From NCBI RefSeq assembly GCF_009834535.1, contig NC_045696.1, forward strand, positions 22,012,001 to 22,076,000: DNA of 64,000 bases, given 5' to 3'. The DNA comes from Camelus ferus (lineage: Eukaryota). This document shows, one piece after another, positions 41,050 to 53,380 of this stretch. Position 1 is the stretch's first letter; every line of letters starts with the position of its first letter. A model generated the notes under the pieces. It had not been told where the DNA came from and did not search any database. It saw nothing but the letters and a program-made list of their open reading frames with translations. Made by a program: the position numbers and the translations under genes.

Positions 41050-41858
41050 TTATGTTTTCTTTTTATTGATTTAGTGAGGCATAATTGATAGAACAAAAAA
41101 CCACACATATTTAATGTATAAAATTTGGTGAGTTTGAATGTATGGGTACACCTGTGATTCATCACAACAATCATGGTAATAAACATATCCATCGCCTCCA
41201 AAAGTTTCCTTGGGTCTCTTTGGTTTTCCTCTGGTTTTTTTTGTTGTTGTTGTTGTTCTTTTGTTTCATTTGAGGGGGCCGAGTAGAACACTTAGTGTGA
41301 ACTCCATCCTCTTAAATTTTTAAGTACACAATTCTATTTTGTTAACTACAGGCATTATGTTGTACAGCAGGTGTCTAGAACTTACCTTGTATAACTGTAA
41401 CTTTATACCTATTGAACAACTGCCCCTTCTCTCTTCCCCCATCCCCTGGCAACCACCATTCTATTTTTCTGCTTCTACAAATTTGACTATTTTAGATACT
41501 TCATGTAAGTGGAATCACACAGTATTTATCCTTCTGTGACTGATTTATTTCACTAAGCATAATGACTTTCACATCCATCCATGTTGTTGCAAGTGGTTGG
41601 ATATCCTTTTTTTTTTTTAAGGCTGAATGATATCCCATTGTACATATATTCATATTGTCTTTATTTAGTCATCTCCCAATGGACATTTGGGTTGTTTCCA
41701 TATCTTGCCTATTGTGAACAGCTGCAGTGAACATAGGAGGGCTAATATCTCTTTGAGACTCTGATTTGAATTCTTTTGGTATATACCCAGAAGTGGGATT
41801 GCTGAATCATACAGTAGTTCTATTTTTAATATTTTGAGGAACCTCCATGCTATTTTCC
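41050..41858 (-). mobile_element. L1MA9/10-type 3' end
   Basis: aacatatccatcgcctccaaaagtttcc..cccctggcaaccaccattcta..atatacccagaagtgggattgctg..gaggaacctccat. Confidence 0.88.
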
Positions 41859-43097
41859 TTTTCTTAACCTAAGCATCAAAAGAAGATTATCTGGCCCTGT
41901 GTGTTATCTGATCCTAGTGGCATACACTGGGGATTGCCTCCTTCTGCTCATTGGCGCAGGCAGGGCATACTGAAATATGCCTCAGCTCTGTACGCATGGC
42001 CCCTTCAGGTCCAACACAATCTCTGCTACTTCTGGGAGACTTTTTCTACATCAATACCATACTGGGATACAGGACAGCTGTGTGATTCTCTAAGCTGCCA
42101 CATAGCCTCTAAAATATGGCACCTGAAGAGAATGGCTGTGCTAAGTCTTCTTTGTGATCCTATATATATGTATATCATTAATGATTAAAGTATTGTGAGG
42201 GTCTAAGTTTATAGAGATCAAAAATGAGTAGCACAGTGTGTAAGTCAGAATCCAATCAGAAAACAGCAACAGATGGCATCTTACCACTTCTCCAGTGCTC
42301 TTCCTAAGGAGCAAGGCAGAGATCCCTTTAATCACAAATTCTACAAACTCATTTGAAATGTTGCTATGTGCCTGGAGAAGATCTACCCTACTCTTATCCT
42401 CAGCTCTGCCTTTTTTTTTTTTTTTTTTTTTCCTTAAAGCCTTAGCATTTTGGAAAGGAAAAGCCAGGGAGAAAATGGAAACCAACTTCATTTCACCAAA
42501 CCTTCACCTCCCACATTCCTATCCAAGCAAAGAACACAGAACAGCAGATCTGCTTGAATAATGGAAAGGGCAAAAGAGTGAAGGCAAATATGGGGGTGGG
42601 AGGATGAAGAGGTAGGATTTCAAAAATCTACAAAGTGCCCTATTTATCATCTAAGAGTGAAAGATAGGAAACAGATTAATTTTTTTTGCTTACATTAGGC
42701 TTTGCTGGGGAATTCATTTGGGTGACTTCTACTATGAACTTACGTTTCCACTGAGACATACTGAAGTACTTCATTGAATCTACTACAAAAATCATTCCCA
42801 ACTAACACCCTCCCTTTTATTCACCTTCCCTTTATTTGCCCCTTAGCTAAAAGTGCTCCTCCCCATCTATGTTCTTCACCCTAAAATGCCACCACTGGGA
42901 TCTTGATGTAATCAAAGACCCTCCCAGCATTTCCTGGTTCCTTTTTCTTCTCATGCCAACTTGCTCAGGCCTCTTGTCTTGTAGTACGCATCTTCAACTC
43001 ATTCCATATGCATTTCTAGATTCATCTTCCTGGCTTTACCAAAACCTCATTGTCGTTTTTTGACTATGAACCTCTTGCTTTAAGATTCAAGTGCTTC

Positions 43098-43333
43098 TTG
43101 TGAGTTCGAGATTTGCAAATACTAACTACTATATATTAAATAGATAAACAAGAAGTTTATACTGTATAGCACAGGGAACTATATTCAATATCTTGTAGTA
43201 ACTTATAATGAAAAAGAATATGAAAATGAATATATGTATGTATATGTATAACTGAACTATTATGGTGTACACCAGAAATTGCCACAGCATTGTAAAATGA
43301 CTATACTTCAATAAAAAAGAATGCAAAAAAAAA
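43098..43333 (+). mobile_element. Young, short 5'-truncated L1 3' end with polyA tail and 16-bp TSD
   Basis: TSD aagattcaagtgcttc (43082-43097) / aagattcaaatgcttc (43334-43349); TT/AAGA endonuclease-type site; AATAAA followed by an A tail; ctgtatagcacagggaactatattcaatatcttgt 3'UTR motif. Confidence 0.95.
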
Positions 43334-43472
43334 AAGATTCAAATGCTTCAAAATACGGCATTTTAAGAAAATGGTCATGCTAACTGTTCTTAATGGTCCT
43401 ATACTTGTATGCCATTAATGATTAAAGTATTATTAGGTTCTAGGTTTATAAAGGTCAAGGACCAGAAGCAGA

Positions 43473-43780
43473 GTGCACAAGTCAGCATTCAACCAGGAAT
43501 CATAAACCACTCTGAATATTTAAATCAGAGGGAAATTTGTGTAGGAAATTGATAACACAGGTGAGTCAAAAGCTGAGAAGCCAAACAGCATTAGTAAACA
43601 ACCTGACTGACACCAGCAGATTTGAGGAACCAAAGAAGGAAGTAGTGTTACAGGAGCTGCATGGCTGGGTTACCCAGGAGAATGGGAAGCCACAGCAAGC
43701 ATCATCACAGACAGCAGGAGCCACAGAGGAGACACAGTCACTTCCAGAAATGCCACCCATGGCAAAGAGATAAAGGGAAA
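43473..43780 (-). mobile_element. Old ERVL-type LTR fragment (family uncertain)
   Basis: agtcagcattcaaccagg..aaaccactctgaatatttaaatcagagggaaattt..aaagctgagaagccaaacag resembles an antisense ERVL LTR 3' end. Confidence 0.5.
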
Positions 43781-44364
43781 ATGCTCCATTTCCCAGTGTA
43801 TCCTACTCACTTCTCTTTCCCTCTTTCTATGGCCCTACTGTTGCCCTGCAGCAGTGACCTTCAGACGGCTCCTGTCTGGACCTGGCTCAGGTGGCCCTCA
43901 CATCCCTGCATCCAGTGCTTCCTGCCACTCTAGACCCCCGCCCACTCCACAGGGGCAGCAGTTCAGCTCCCAAGACCTTGCTTGAGTGGGGTTTCTGACG
44001 TTTGCAAATGAGAGGGTCCTGATCCAATTCACAAATATCAACACGGTCTGTCATCTATTCCATAAATCTTTCATTTTGTGCCTAAGTATAACAATTTTCT
44101 TTTCTTTTCATTGTCTATTCATTTTCATCATCAGAACTATCTGTTGACATTCTTTGGGAAATTATCATTCACAAATAAACATAGTTTCAATATTTCATCA
44201 GACATTATGTTCATAAGAACAAGTAGAAATAATACAACTCCTGTGAACTAGAAATGCTGCACAATCTTCTAGTTCAAAGAAAAAGGAAAACACATTTGCA
44301 AAATGAGGGAAGGGACATCAGTGGATCCTGCCGTGAGGCATCAGGACACTAGCTGGCAGTTTGG

Positions 44365-44530
44365 CCCAGTGAGAACATACATGGGCTTTGAACCAAGTAG
44401 ACATGTGATCACCTTTAGCCTCAGTTTCTTCACTTGTAAATGGATATGTGAACAGTTCATCTTTTTTGGAGCTGCCATATTAAATGAGATAATGCATAAG
44501 AATTTTCAGAGTTCTCTGCACATAGACTGA
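44365..44530 (+). mobile_element. MIR SINE fragment
   Basis: agcctcagtttcttcacttgtaaatgg..attaaatgagataatgcat. Confidence 0.75.
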
Positions 44531-44795
44531 TAAAATATCTTTTTTCAAAATTCCTACTAGAAGCAACAGAGGCTGAGAATAGATGGAAGCTGACATTACC
44601 CAAGACAGAAAATAAGTGAAGCACGAATTTATGGAATTGTGGGTTAAAATACATGTCTGTCATTTTTGACAAATTGCTGAAGGGAATCCTAAGTACCCTA
44701 CACCAGTGACTGTACCTCTAGTACCAGAAAAGCTGGCAGACTGTAATAAATACTGAATGGAGAGAGAGAGAGATGTGTATACATAGACACAGGTA

Positions 44796-45452
44796 CAGAC
44801 GTACCTCTGAGATATTTCAGGTCTGGTTCCAGATCACCTTAATAAAGAGAATATCTCAATAAAGTGAGTCACACAAATTTTTTTGTTTCCCAGTGTATAT
44901 AAAAGTTATGTTTGCGCTACAACTTAGCCTATTACGTGCGCATTAGCATTATCTCTAAAAAACAATGTACATACTTTAATTAAAAAATACTTCATTACTA
45001 AAAAATGCTAACCATCATCTGAGCCTTCAACAAGTTGTAATCTTTTTGCAGGTGGGGGATCTCACCTTGATGTTGACGGCTGCTGACTGACCAGGGTGAT
45101 GGTTGCTGAAGGCTGGGGTGGCTGTGGCAATTTCTTAAAAATAACAAAATGAGGTACACCGCATTGACTGACTCTTCCCTTCACAAATGATTTCTTTGTA
45201 GCATTCGATGCTGTTTGATAGTTTTTATCCACAGTAGAATTTCTTTCGAAATTAGAGTCCATCCTCTCAAACCCTGCCACTGTTTTATCAACTTAGTTCA
45301 TGCAATATTCCAAATCCTTTGTTGTCATTTCAATAATCTTCACAGCATCTTCACCAGGAGTACATTCTCTCTCAAGGAACTGCTTTCTTTCCTCATTCAT
45401 AAGAAACAACTCCTCATCCAGTAAAGCTTAATCATGAGATTGAAGCAATGCA
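44796..45452 (-). mobile_element. Tigger1 DNA transposon 3' part with transposase C-terminus remnant
   Basis: TA followed by TIR cagacgtacctc; ORF 45062..45280(-) AGFERMDSNFERNSTV..FKKLPQPPQPSATITLVSQQPSTSR matches the Tigger1 transposase C-terminus. Confidence 0.93.
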
Positions 45453-45893
45453 TCTATGGACACCAGCATTCTTTGACATGCATGTTGCTCATGCAGTTCA
45501 AGGTCACCGATCCACTCAGGTTGCTGGCAGGCCATTGGCTTCAACTTCCAAGACCCTTCAAAATTAGTCCTCATTCAATTACATCCATACCCATTGTAAG
45601 TTGTTTAGAAAACAATGATCTGCAATCCCATATCACTCTGGAGTTCTGGTCAATTATGAGGGTTGTCTAAGATACTCTACCCCTTCTGTCCTGCCTTCCA
45701 TGCATAGAAATTGCTCTACTTCTCTCCGTGGCAGAAAGACATAGCAGGAGCCCTGGGAGGCTGACTGAGGCCCACCTTCCTGGACACATCACACCACAAA
45801 TTTCACACTTGACGTGTAATTTCAGAAGATGGCCGGTCCTTGGCTGTCCCGCTACTTTTCCAGGCTCAGGCTGCAGGAATGGAGGCACAAGTC

Positions 45894-46089
45894 CAGAGAG
45901 TGCTGATAAACGTTTAACAACCAGCTCTCCAGGGTGCGGTGGAAGAGTATTTGCCCATTTCCAGAGAGGAACACCCTCACCACAGCTGATTTCAAATTAC
46001 CCATGTGATACCAACAAGCTCATACAACTTCTAAAAATGTGACAGTTGGCTCTTAGAAGCGGGGACAAGACAGACCCAGCACACTACGG
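45894..46089. mobile_element. MER63A-like hAT MITE
   Basis: gtgctgataaacgtttaacaaccagctct..gatttcaaattacc..ccagcacactacgg; related to the copy at 50105. Confidence 0.7.
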
Positions 46090-46565
46090 TGCAGGTCTCC
46101 TCGATTTCAGAGCCCTCAAGCCTATCCGAGGTTTCTGTCATTCTAGGGTTGAGGTCAAGGAAGGCAAACAATCAAGCGTCAACCTTCCATTTTCAGTGAC
46201 AGCCTCGCATCTAATCTCTTCTTTGTCTTCTGACTTCCTTTCTTCTCTGGTCCAGAGATTCAGGAACAGAAAAAAATAACCCTTTATCTAATCTTCCAAA
46301 TCCTTTGACTCCTGGAAATAGAAATAGATTAGCCAAGAATTTACTTCTTTTGTAATCTGATTTGTCTGTGTTGTCCCTTCCCTACAGCAACGAAGGCAGG
46401 ACATTCAACTGTTGAAATGGAGGAAACTGGGTTTAGGAAATCTTAAAGGAAAAAAGTATCAGTTTGTATCTCAGTACATACTATGCCACCACATAATCAA
46501 AAAAATCTCCAAAAGGTAAGTAAAATAATGATCTCTTACTTAACAACTTATAATTTACTTGCTCA

Positions 46566-46880
46566 TGTTGACCTGAATCAAATAGACTGCAGATATTTCT
46601 TCAGCAAAGATGGGTTCATTTAGCCGAGAATTGCAATTTGGTGAGCCACAGGCCAAGTCCCCATGTGGCAAGAAAACCTCTATACAGGGGAAAAGGAAGT
46701 CGGGAGGGCTACAGTACACAAATCATCCATGGCTTTTCAATTGGCTGAGTCCTTGCCAGGAAAAAGAAGACTTTCTTCTTCTCTGTTGGGCTCTGCTATC
46801 ATCGTAAGGTGTGAGAACTCCCTCTTCTGGTCTCCTGACTCTATTTAATTGAGGTTTCTGTTTAGTAATTTTTTTTTACA
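46566..46880 (-). mobile_element. Artiodactyl ERV solo LTR (ALTR2-like), 4-bp TSD
   Basis: TG..CA ends; TSD ctca/ctcg; CCAAT on the minus strand; clearly homologous to 56708-57033. Confidence 0.88.
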
Positions 46881-47929
46881 CTCGACAAAGATTTATTGCA
46901 TGCTATTACAAGCTTATTAAGTATCAGGGTCCATGAGTAAGGCTGGCTAATCTTGAGGAGTTCACAAATCTCACAGACCTATTCTCTAACTAGAGGACTG
47001 GTTAAAATTATACATATACACACACCCCATATATATAATTTATTATAAACCACATGTAAAATATATAAAGTATGCACACCACATATAAAATACATACATA
47101 CACTATACATACACAAATATCTAGAGTGTGTATACACTTCAGTGTTAAAAACAAAAACAAACAACAACAAAAATAAGAAAAAAATTTACCATAAAAATCA
47201 CCTTTACAGAGGAGTAGGGGAGAGCTTTGTGCTCAGAGAGAGGCTTCCAGCTGCTGGAAAAGTTCTACTTCTTGATCTAGGTGGTACTTACTTTGAGGTT
47301 CCCTGACTGGTAACTATACATCTATAGTTTCATGTCCTTTTTATTATGTTATTTTCTTATTTTAAACACCCCTCCCCACCACCTAAGAGATTTTGCTAGT
47401 TGACTGTGTCAAGAATTTTTTTTAATACCTCATATTTTCAGTCCTAAGTATAATCATCTTCTAGATTTCCTAGTAAGTTGAGAGTTTTTAATATTCCTGA
47501 GGGCAGTTGTTCTATAGACAGTATCTCTGAGGTTTTTTCCTAACAGCTGTAAATATTTAGCCCTCGTTTTCTTTTCTAAACAGAAATGGACATGTTTTCT
47601 CCTTTTCACCAATAGGATATTAAGTTAAACTGTGCTGGGGTTAAGTGTTCATGATGGCCTAATCCTGAACAAAAGGGTACTTTTCTTGTGGATGGGTTTT
47701 CCAAAACATTAGGGTATGTGAAACCACCAACACACTCAAGATAAAGGCAATGATCCTGCTTTTCCAGAGGACAAGGACTGGGACCATGATCTCAATTCAG
47801 ACTTATGACTCAGGAAGCTTGGACCAGCAAGAACAGGCCATGACCCCAAGAATTGGGGTATGGGGTTAGGATATTCCATAAACTAAAAGAGAGCAACAAA
47901 GGGGAAATCCGCAAAAATTTCTTAAAGCT

Positions 47930-48150
47930 TTAGATCAGAGAGCACTGCCTAGATGTTCAAAAGCCTCACAGCAGCTTCCTGACTCAGCTGCTTACTAATT
48001 ATGTGACCGAAGCCACTCACTCCACCTCCGAGCTTGCTTCCTCACCTACAAAAAACAAAATAATAGCAATAACTACTTTGGGGGATTTCTATAGGACTAT
48101 GATACTGTACGTTGCATGCCTGGCACACATATGGGAACATGACTACGGTG
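47930..48150 (+). mobile_element. MIR SINE
   Basis: cttcctgactcagctgcttactaattatgtgacc..cttcctcacctacaaaaa..tgcctggcacac. Confidence 0.6.
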
Positions 48151-49466
48151 ATGTATTCATTTTAACAAAATTATACAGTAAAACAATCTGGATGGTTTCT
48201 AGATTTATTTTGTTAGCATTTTACTGTGGAAACTCCCCAGGAGCCAGTAATATATTTATTACCCAGGGACAGATGCTTTGTGCCTAACTTAAGGTTATCT
48301 AATGGCTGGTATTAAAAGAAATGAGCAATTATAACCAATTGACAGATTCCATCTAGAACATACCATTTGCGGTATTTACATCAATAAAAATAACTGAGTG
48401 TAGAAATGTTATTTTTAACCTGCTCTGAGTGCACATTCTAACACATATTTCTGAAACTCCACAGAAGTGCTCAGGCCGCATGTGTGGAAGACACAAGGGA
48501 ACTTTTATCTCCCACTCTTCTGCCTGCAGTTTCAGGTCTCAGGTCTTCAGTGAGGCTTTTAAAATAACCTCTCAGAAAAAGCTCCACATCTCGTAAGGAC
48601 AGTAGAGAGGTCACGGAGCCATTAATTCAAGTGACCGGCACTGGATCTCAGAAACATCTCAGTCCTGGAGCTAGAGACTAACTTCACTCTAACTCTCAAC
48701 AGTTAGTGTATCCAGACTCCGTGGATTTTGCTACCTAATTTTCCAAAATAATGGTCAAGGGAAAATTGTAAAACTCCTGACAATTCGTCCCTGACTCACA
48801 TGCTCTCACCTAGGAAAGTGCCGAGGCAGGTCCCTCCCTCACCACTCCCATAGAAATGGGGGATTCCATCTCCTTCACTACAGCTATCTTTCCTGCCAAA
48901 TCTGCTCCCTTCTACCCACGACACTGGCACTCTCCTATCCAGCCCCCAAGTTCCAGAAATTTCCTCAAATCCCAAATCATCACACAATATTTGGAATTTC
49001 ATGGGACTCCAATGCAATAAAATGGTAGGAATCCCCTGCCATTACTACCAGTCTGATGACACTCCTCCCATTTATTTACCTCAGTAATGAACCAAATGAC
49101 AACCTGATTTTTAAAAACTCCCTTTCATCAATCAATCAACAATTGTTACTTCATTGTGTCACCATTTTACTTAATCCACCTCTTCACTCCTCAGTCCTAA
49201 TCTGCTTCTCCTCATCCAACCACCCACCAGAAGGAACTTCCCCAACAAACTGTAAGGAGATTTCTCTCTAGACTGCCTCATGACTCCATCACCCCACTGT
49301 TCAACTGTTTCTTCATCCTTACCCCAGTATAATGGTTCACTGCTTCTTGTGTGGTGTTAATGGTTTTGCTTTATAATCCCATAGGACATTCTGAGTCCCA
49401 TAGGGCAGGCTCTTGTCCGCCTTGTCCATCTCTTCGTCCCAGCACCTAGCCCAGTGCCTGACAGTC

Positions 49467-49911
49467 TATCAAAAACAGGAAAGGATCTAAGATTTTACCC
49501 TACTTGCAGATCAAAAGTTAGCCTGATGCTGACAGAAGACACAACACTCTGGAGCAGAAGTGAAGGACAGCTTTTTAATCACAGCAACAGCAGTAGCCAG
49601 AGTATTGGCACTTTTGCCGCAGTCCCTTGAGCCCAGTTCCATAGGCTGACACCAAAAGGGCCAGATGATACCTGCACACACAGTGGGTTGTGATACAATC
49701 CATAAACCCTGAGTATAAAGAATCCAAAAACGTTGTAACAGGCTGTGAGCATGCCTGCCCTGTGCTCCAGAGGGAGACATGGTCTCTATCTTCCAAGGCC
49801 ATTCACAATATGAACATCTGTGAAAGGGTGTTCTGGGACAAAGGGCAGCCAGTGCCTTTCCTGTAAGACGCACAGGAACACAAGAGACCCATCAAAACTT
49901 GTCTGTCAACA
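49467..49911 (-). mobile_element. ERV1 LTR (MER89/MER90-like) inserted into an L2 3' tail
   Basis: aagattttaccctacttgca..aagttagcctg..gctgacagaagaca motif; ends tcaaca; the L2 tail is split around it (cccagcacctagcccagtgcctgac | aaatatttgttgattgagtgaataaatgaa). Confidence 0.75.
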
Positions 49912-50104
49912 AACAGAGCATCGAAAAATATTTGTTGATTGAGTGAATAAATGAACTAGACCACCAGAGCACCAATCCAGCCTAGGTGGTGGAATTTAAA
50001 ATATTAAATAAATAAGTAACATAAAAAATAAAAAATAAAAATTTTTTAATAAAATAATAAAATAGGAAGTTTCCTTTTTTCATTCTCAAAGACATCTATT
50101 TACC

Positions 50105-50525
50105 CAGTGGTGTGCTGGCAAAGGTTTAAACCAACTCTTGGTTTTATAGCATTTTTCAATTTCCTTGGCAAAAACATTCTCACCAAGACCAACGACAAGC
50201 TACTGATGTCACAGAATGCAGAGCTGTGTGACACACACAGCCGCACACCGCTGTCTAGCATTCCCACCACACAAATATAAAACACATAAATCACCTCAAT
50301 CAGTGGCTTTCCCATTAGTCATGTAGTAAAAGTGCAGTAAAATAATTAGAAAGTGATGAGTTTTGAGTGTATGCTACCTTAGTTTTAAAAACAACTTATT
50401 CAGTTGTAAGTTTATATGGTTTAGTTTTTACTAACATCTTTGTTTAACAACTGGCTCACAAAATTCCCAAAAATGTACCACCTGGCTCTTGCAAGTGGAT
50501 GCGGTGGAGCTCCAGTACCCCACAG
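50105..50525. mobile_element. MER63B-like hAT MITE
   Basis: TIRs cagtggtgtgctgg / ccagtaccccacag (11 of 14); internal aataattagaaagtgatgagttttgagt..tttaacaactggctcacaaaattcc. Confidence 0.82.
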
Positions 50526-50855
50526 CCCGGCCCGCTGCTCCTTCCTGCCCCTCCTGCCTTCGGTGTCGCTCTGGTTCCTCCAGCCCCATTATGTATTTTA
50601 TTTCCAGATCTTCTCTCTCTCTCAAACTGAGCTTCTTACCCTACTCCTCAGGGCACAGCTCTGCCTCACTTCCTATCTCTACCCCCGACCCCGCCCCATT
50701 CCCAAAAACCTTGGGGTCTGTGCGCACCAGCCCATCCCTCTCCTGCCAGCACCGACGCCAGCCCAGCCCACAGCCCAGCCCAGTGAGGGGCCGGGAACCA
50801 AGGCCACAGCAGGGGAAACCGTCACTGGATTTCCAAGTGAGACTTTACAGTGCAT
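50526..50855. promoter_or_regulatory. Small GC/CpG-enriched patch with GC box; possible promoter or enhancer
   Basis: ccccgcccc (Sp/KLF) at 50689-50697, cacttcct (ETS) at 50667-50674, gtgcgcac, and several retained CpGs in an otherwise CpG-poor window. Confidence 0.3.
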
Positions 50856-51362
50856 TTTCTCATGGAATCAGTCAACTTCTTGTTATGCTCCTTGGGTGCC
50901 ATATTTTAAGTACTTCATGTATTCTAGTCGGGATTTATAAAACAAATTTGAGATTCTGATCTCTCACTTTATATGAAAGATGCATTTGGACTTTGGAACT
51001 TACAAAGGAAATTTGGAAAACATATTCAAACAGAAGACTACTTGATATATATTTATATATTTTTGATTTATTGATTTGCTGTCCACCAGAGGGCAGCAAA
51101 AATTTTTATACGTGGATAACACCTACTCATTACAGAAACAGAACAAACCAGCATCGCTACTTGCTAAATAGAAAACCATTAGAGTCCTAGACAGCAAAAT
51201 TACTTCAAGTTTACATGGCAATAAACAAATAACCAGAAGACTTTATTTCTTAAGAGTTAAAAAAAAATACGCATATTTCTATTTATTTTGGGGGAACTTC
51301 AGTATTATGAAGAAATATCACCATTAGGCTCAAATTTCATTTTTCACTTCAAAGCCTCAATG

Positions 51363-51682
51363 CAGTAGTCCCCTTTATCCACAGTTTTGCTTTCCATGGT
51401 TTCAGTTACCTTCAGTCAACTGCAGTCCAAAAATATTAAAAGGAAAATTCTAGAAATAAACAATTCATAAGTTTTAAATAGCAGCCCTTCTGAGTACACA
51501 ATGAAATCCCTCACCATCCTGCCCAGAATGTGAACCATCCCTTCGTCCAGTGGATCCACACTGTATACCCTACCCATCCACTAGAAAACAAAGTATATAT
51601 AGGATTTGGTACAAGCCACTGTTTCGAGCTTCCACAGAGGACTTGGAACATTACGCCCATGGATAAGGGAGAACCACACTAT
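51363..51682. mobile_element. MER44A-like (Tigger7-derived) MITE
   Basis: TIRs cagtagtcccctttatcc..ggataagggagaaccacact; internal ttccatggtttcagttacc..gtccaaaaatattaaa..aataaacaattcataagttttaaat. Confidence 0.85.
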
Positions 51683-51829
51683 TAACTTTCTTAGTAATTG
51701 AATCTACAGTTGGTTACTCATTGACCCGTTTACCATATATCATTTTACCATTTCTCATGTCTAAAACGCCACACTAGCAATCACCACTTCTGGGGCCTAA
51801 CATGAGGAATACAAAAATGACTGCCCATC

Positions 51830-52229
51830 TGTGTTAGTCAGAGCTCTCCAGAGAAACAGAACCAACAGGAGACACATATGCATAAAGAGATTTATTCGAA
51901 GGAACTGGTGTACACAGTTATGGAAGCTGGAAGTCTGAAACCTGTAGGGCAGGCTGGCAGGCTGGAAATTCAGGCAGGAGTTGATGCTGAAGTCTCGAGG
52001 CAGAATGTCCTCTACTCAAGAAAGCCTCCGCTTTTGCTCTTAGGGCCCTCAACTGACTGGGTGAGGCCCACCCACATTATCAAGGTTAATGTCCTTTACA
52101 TCAAATCAGCTGACTGTAGATATTAACCACATCTACAAAATGCTTTCACAACAACATCTAGTTAAGAGTTTAACCTAACAACTGGTTACAAGAGCCTAGC
52201 CAAGTGGACCCATAAAATTAACCATCACA
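51830..52229 (-). mobile_element. ERVL LTR (MLT2D-like)
   Basis: tgtgttagtcag..tctccagagaaacagaacca..tgaggcccacccacattat..aaattaaccatcaca; TG..CA ends. Confidence 0.9.
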
Positions 52230-52697
52230 TTGCTCCAAACCATTTCCCCTATCCAAGTACCACGTCTCAGAAATGTCGTCCTCGGAAAACCATGCTTTAA
52301 AAGTCATGAATCGCTCATCCCAGACATCATCTTCTAAATGCATGTATCTTTGGTAGGTGAATACACCTACACAGACACTAATGTGTGTCTGCCAGGTTAC
52401 CACATATGCTTCTCCAGTCAGAAGAGAGTCTGTGGCATTCTAAAAGCACCGAGCAGTAGGAGGTTCTGAGATGCTGAACAGGAAGCTGTGAACCACCACC
52501 AGTATCCTAATTTTACATACCACTTCCCGTCTCCAAAAGAGCTGGTATTTGGGGTATATTCTAAGAAACTACATTTTTGTTGTTTTTAGAAACTGCAACC
52601 ACCTTGTAACTCAGCAACCAAACAACTACTGCAACTGCAATGCCTCCCTCTCCAACTCTTGTTCAAGGTGCTATGCAAAGTTTCAGTTCAAAATGCC

Positions 52698-53380
52698 TGG
52701 CTTAATGGGCACATGAAAAAATGTTCAACATCTCTAATTATCAGAGAAATGCAAATCAAAACTACAATGAGGTATCACCACACAGCAGTCAGAATGGCCA
52801 TCATTCAAAAGTCCACAAATGATAAATGCTGGACAGGGTGTGGAGAAAAGGGAACCCTCCTGCAGTGTTGGTGGGAATGCAATTTGGTGCAGCCATTGTA
52901 GAAAACAGTACAGAGATTCCTCAAAAAACTAAAAATAGAGTTACCATATGATCCAGCAATCCCACTCCCGGGCATATATCAGAGGGATCTATAATTCGAA
53001 AAGATACATGCACCCCAATGTTCATAGCAGCACTATTTTCAATAGTTAAGTCATGGAAACAACCTAAATGTCCATCAACAGATGACTGGATAAAGACATG
53101 GTGCATATATATACAACAGAATACTACTCAGTGATAAAAAAAAAAAATGACTAAAATAATGCGATTTGCAGCAACATGGATGGACCTGGAGAATGTCATT
53201 CTTAGTAAAGTAAGCCAGAAAGAGAAAGAAAAATACCATATGATATCACTAATATGTGGAATCTAAAAAAAAAAAAAAGACAAATGAACTTGTTTACAAA
53301 ACAGAAACAGATTCACAGACATAGAAAACAAACTTATGGTTACCAGTGGGGAAGGGAGGTAGGAAGGTGAAATTGTGAGT
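52698..53380 (+). mobile_element. Young L1 fragment (ORF2 C-terminus plus part of 3'UTR), truncated at both ends, with no polyA tail or TSD
   Basis: ORF 52659..52901 [63 protein letters not shown]; stops abruptly at aattgtgagt (53380). Confidence 0.95.

Noticed and set aside
50440..50959. Overlapping 166-aa and 156-aa ORFs
   Set aside because: They start inside a MER63-like MITE and cross a GC-rich, stop-poor patch; no recognisable domain.
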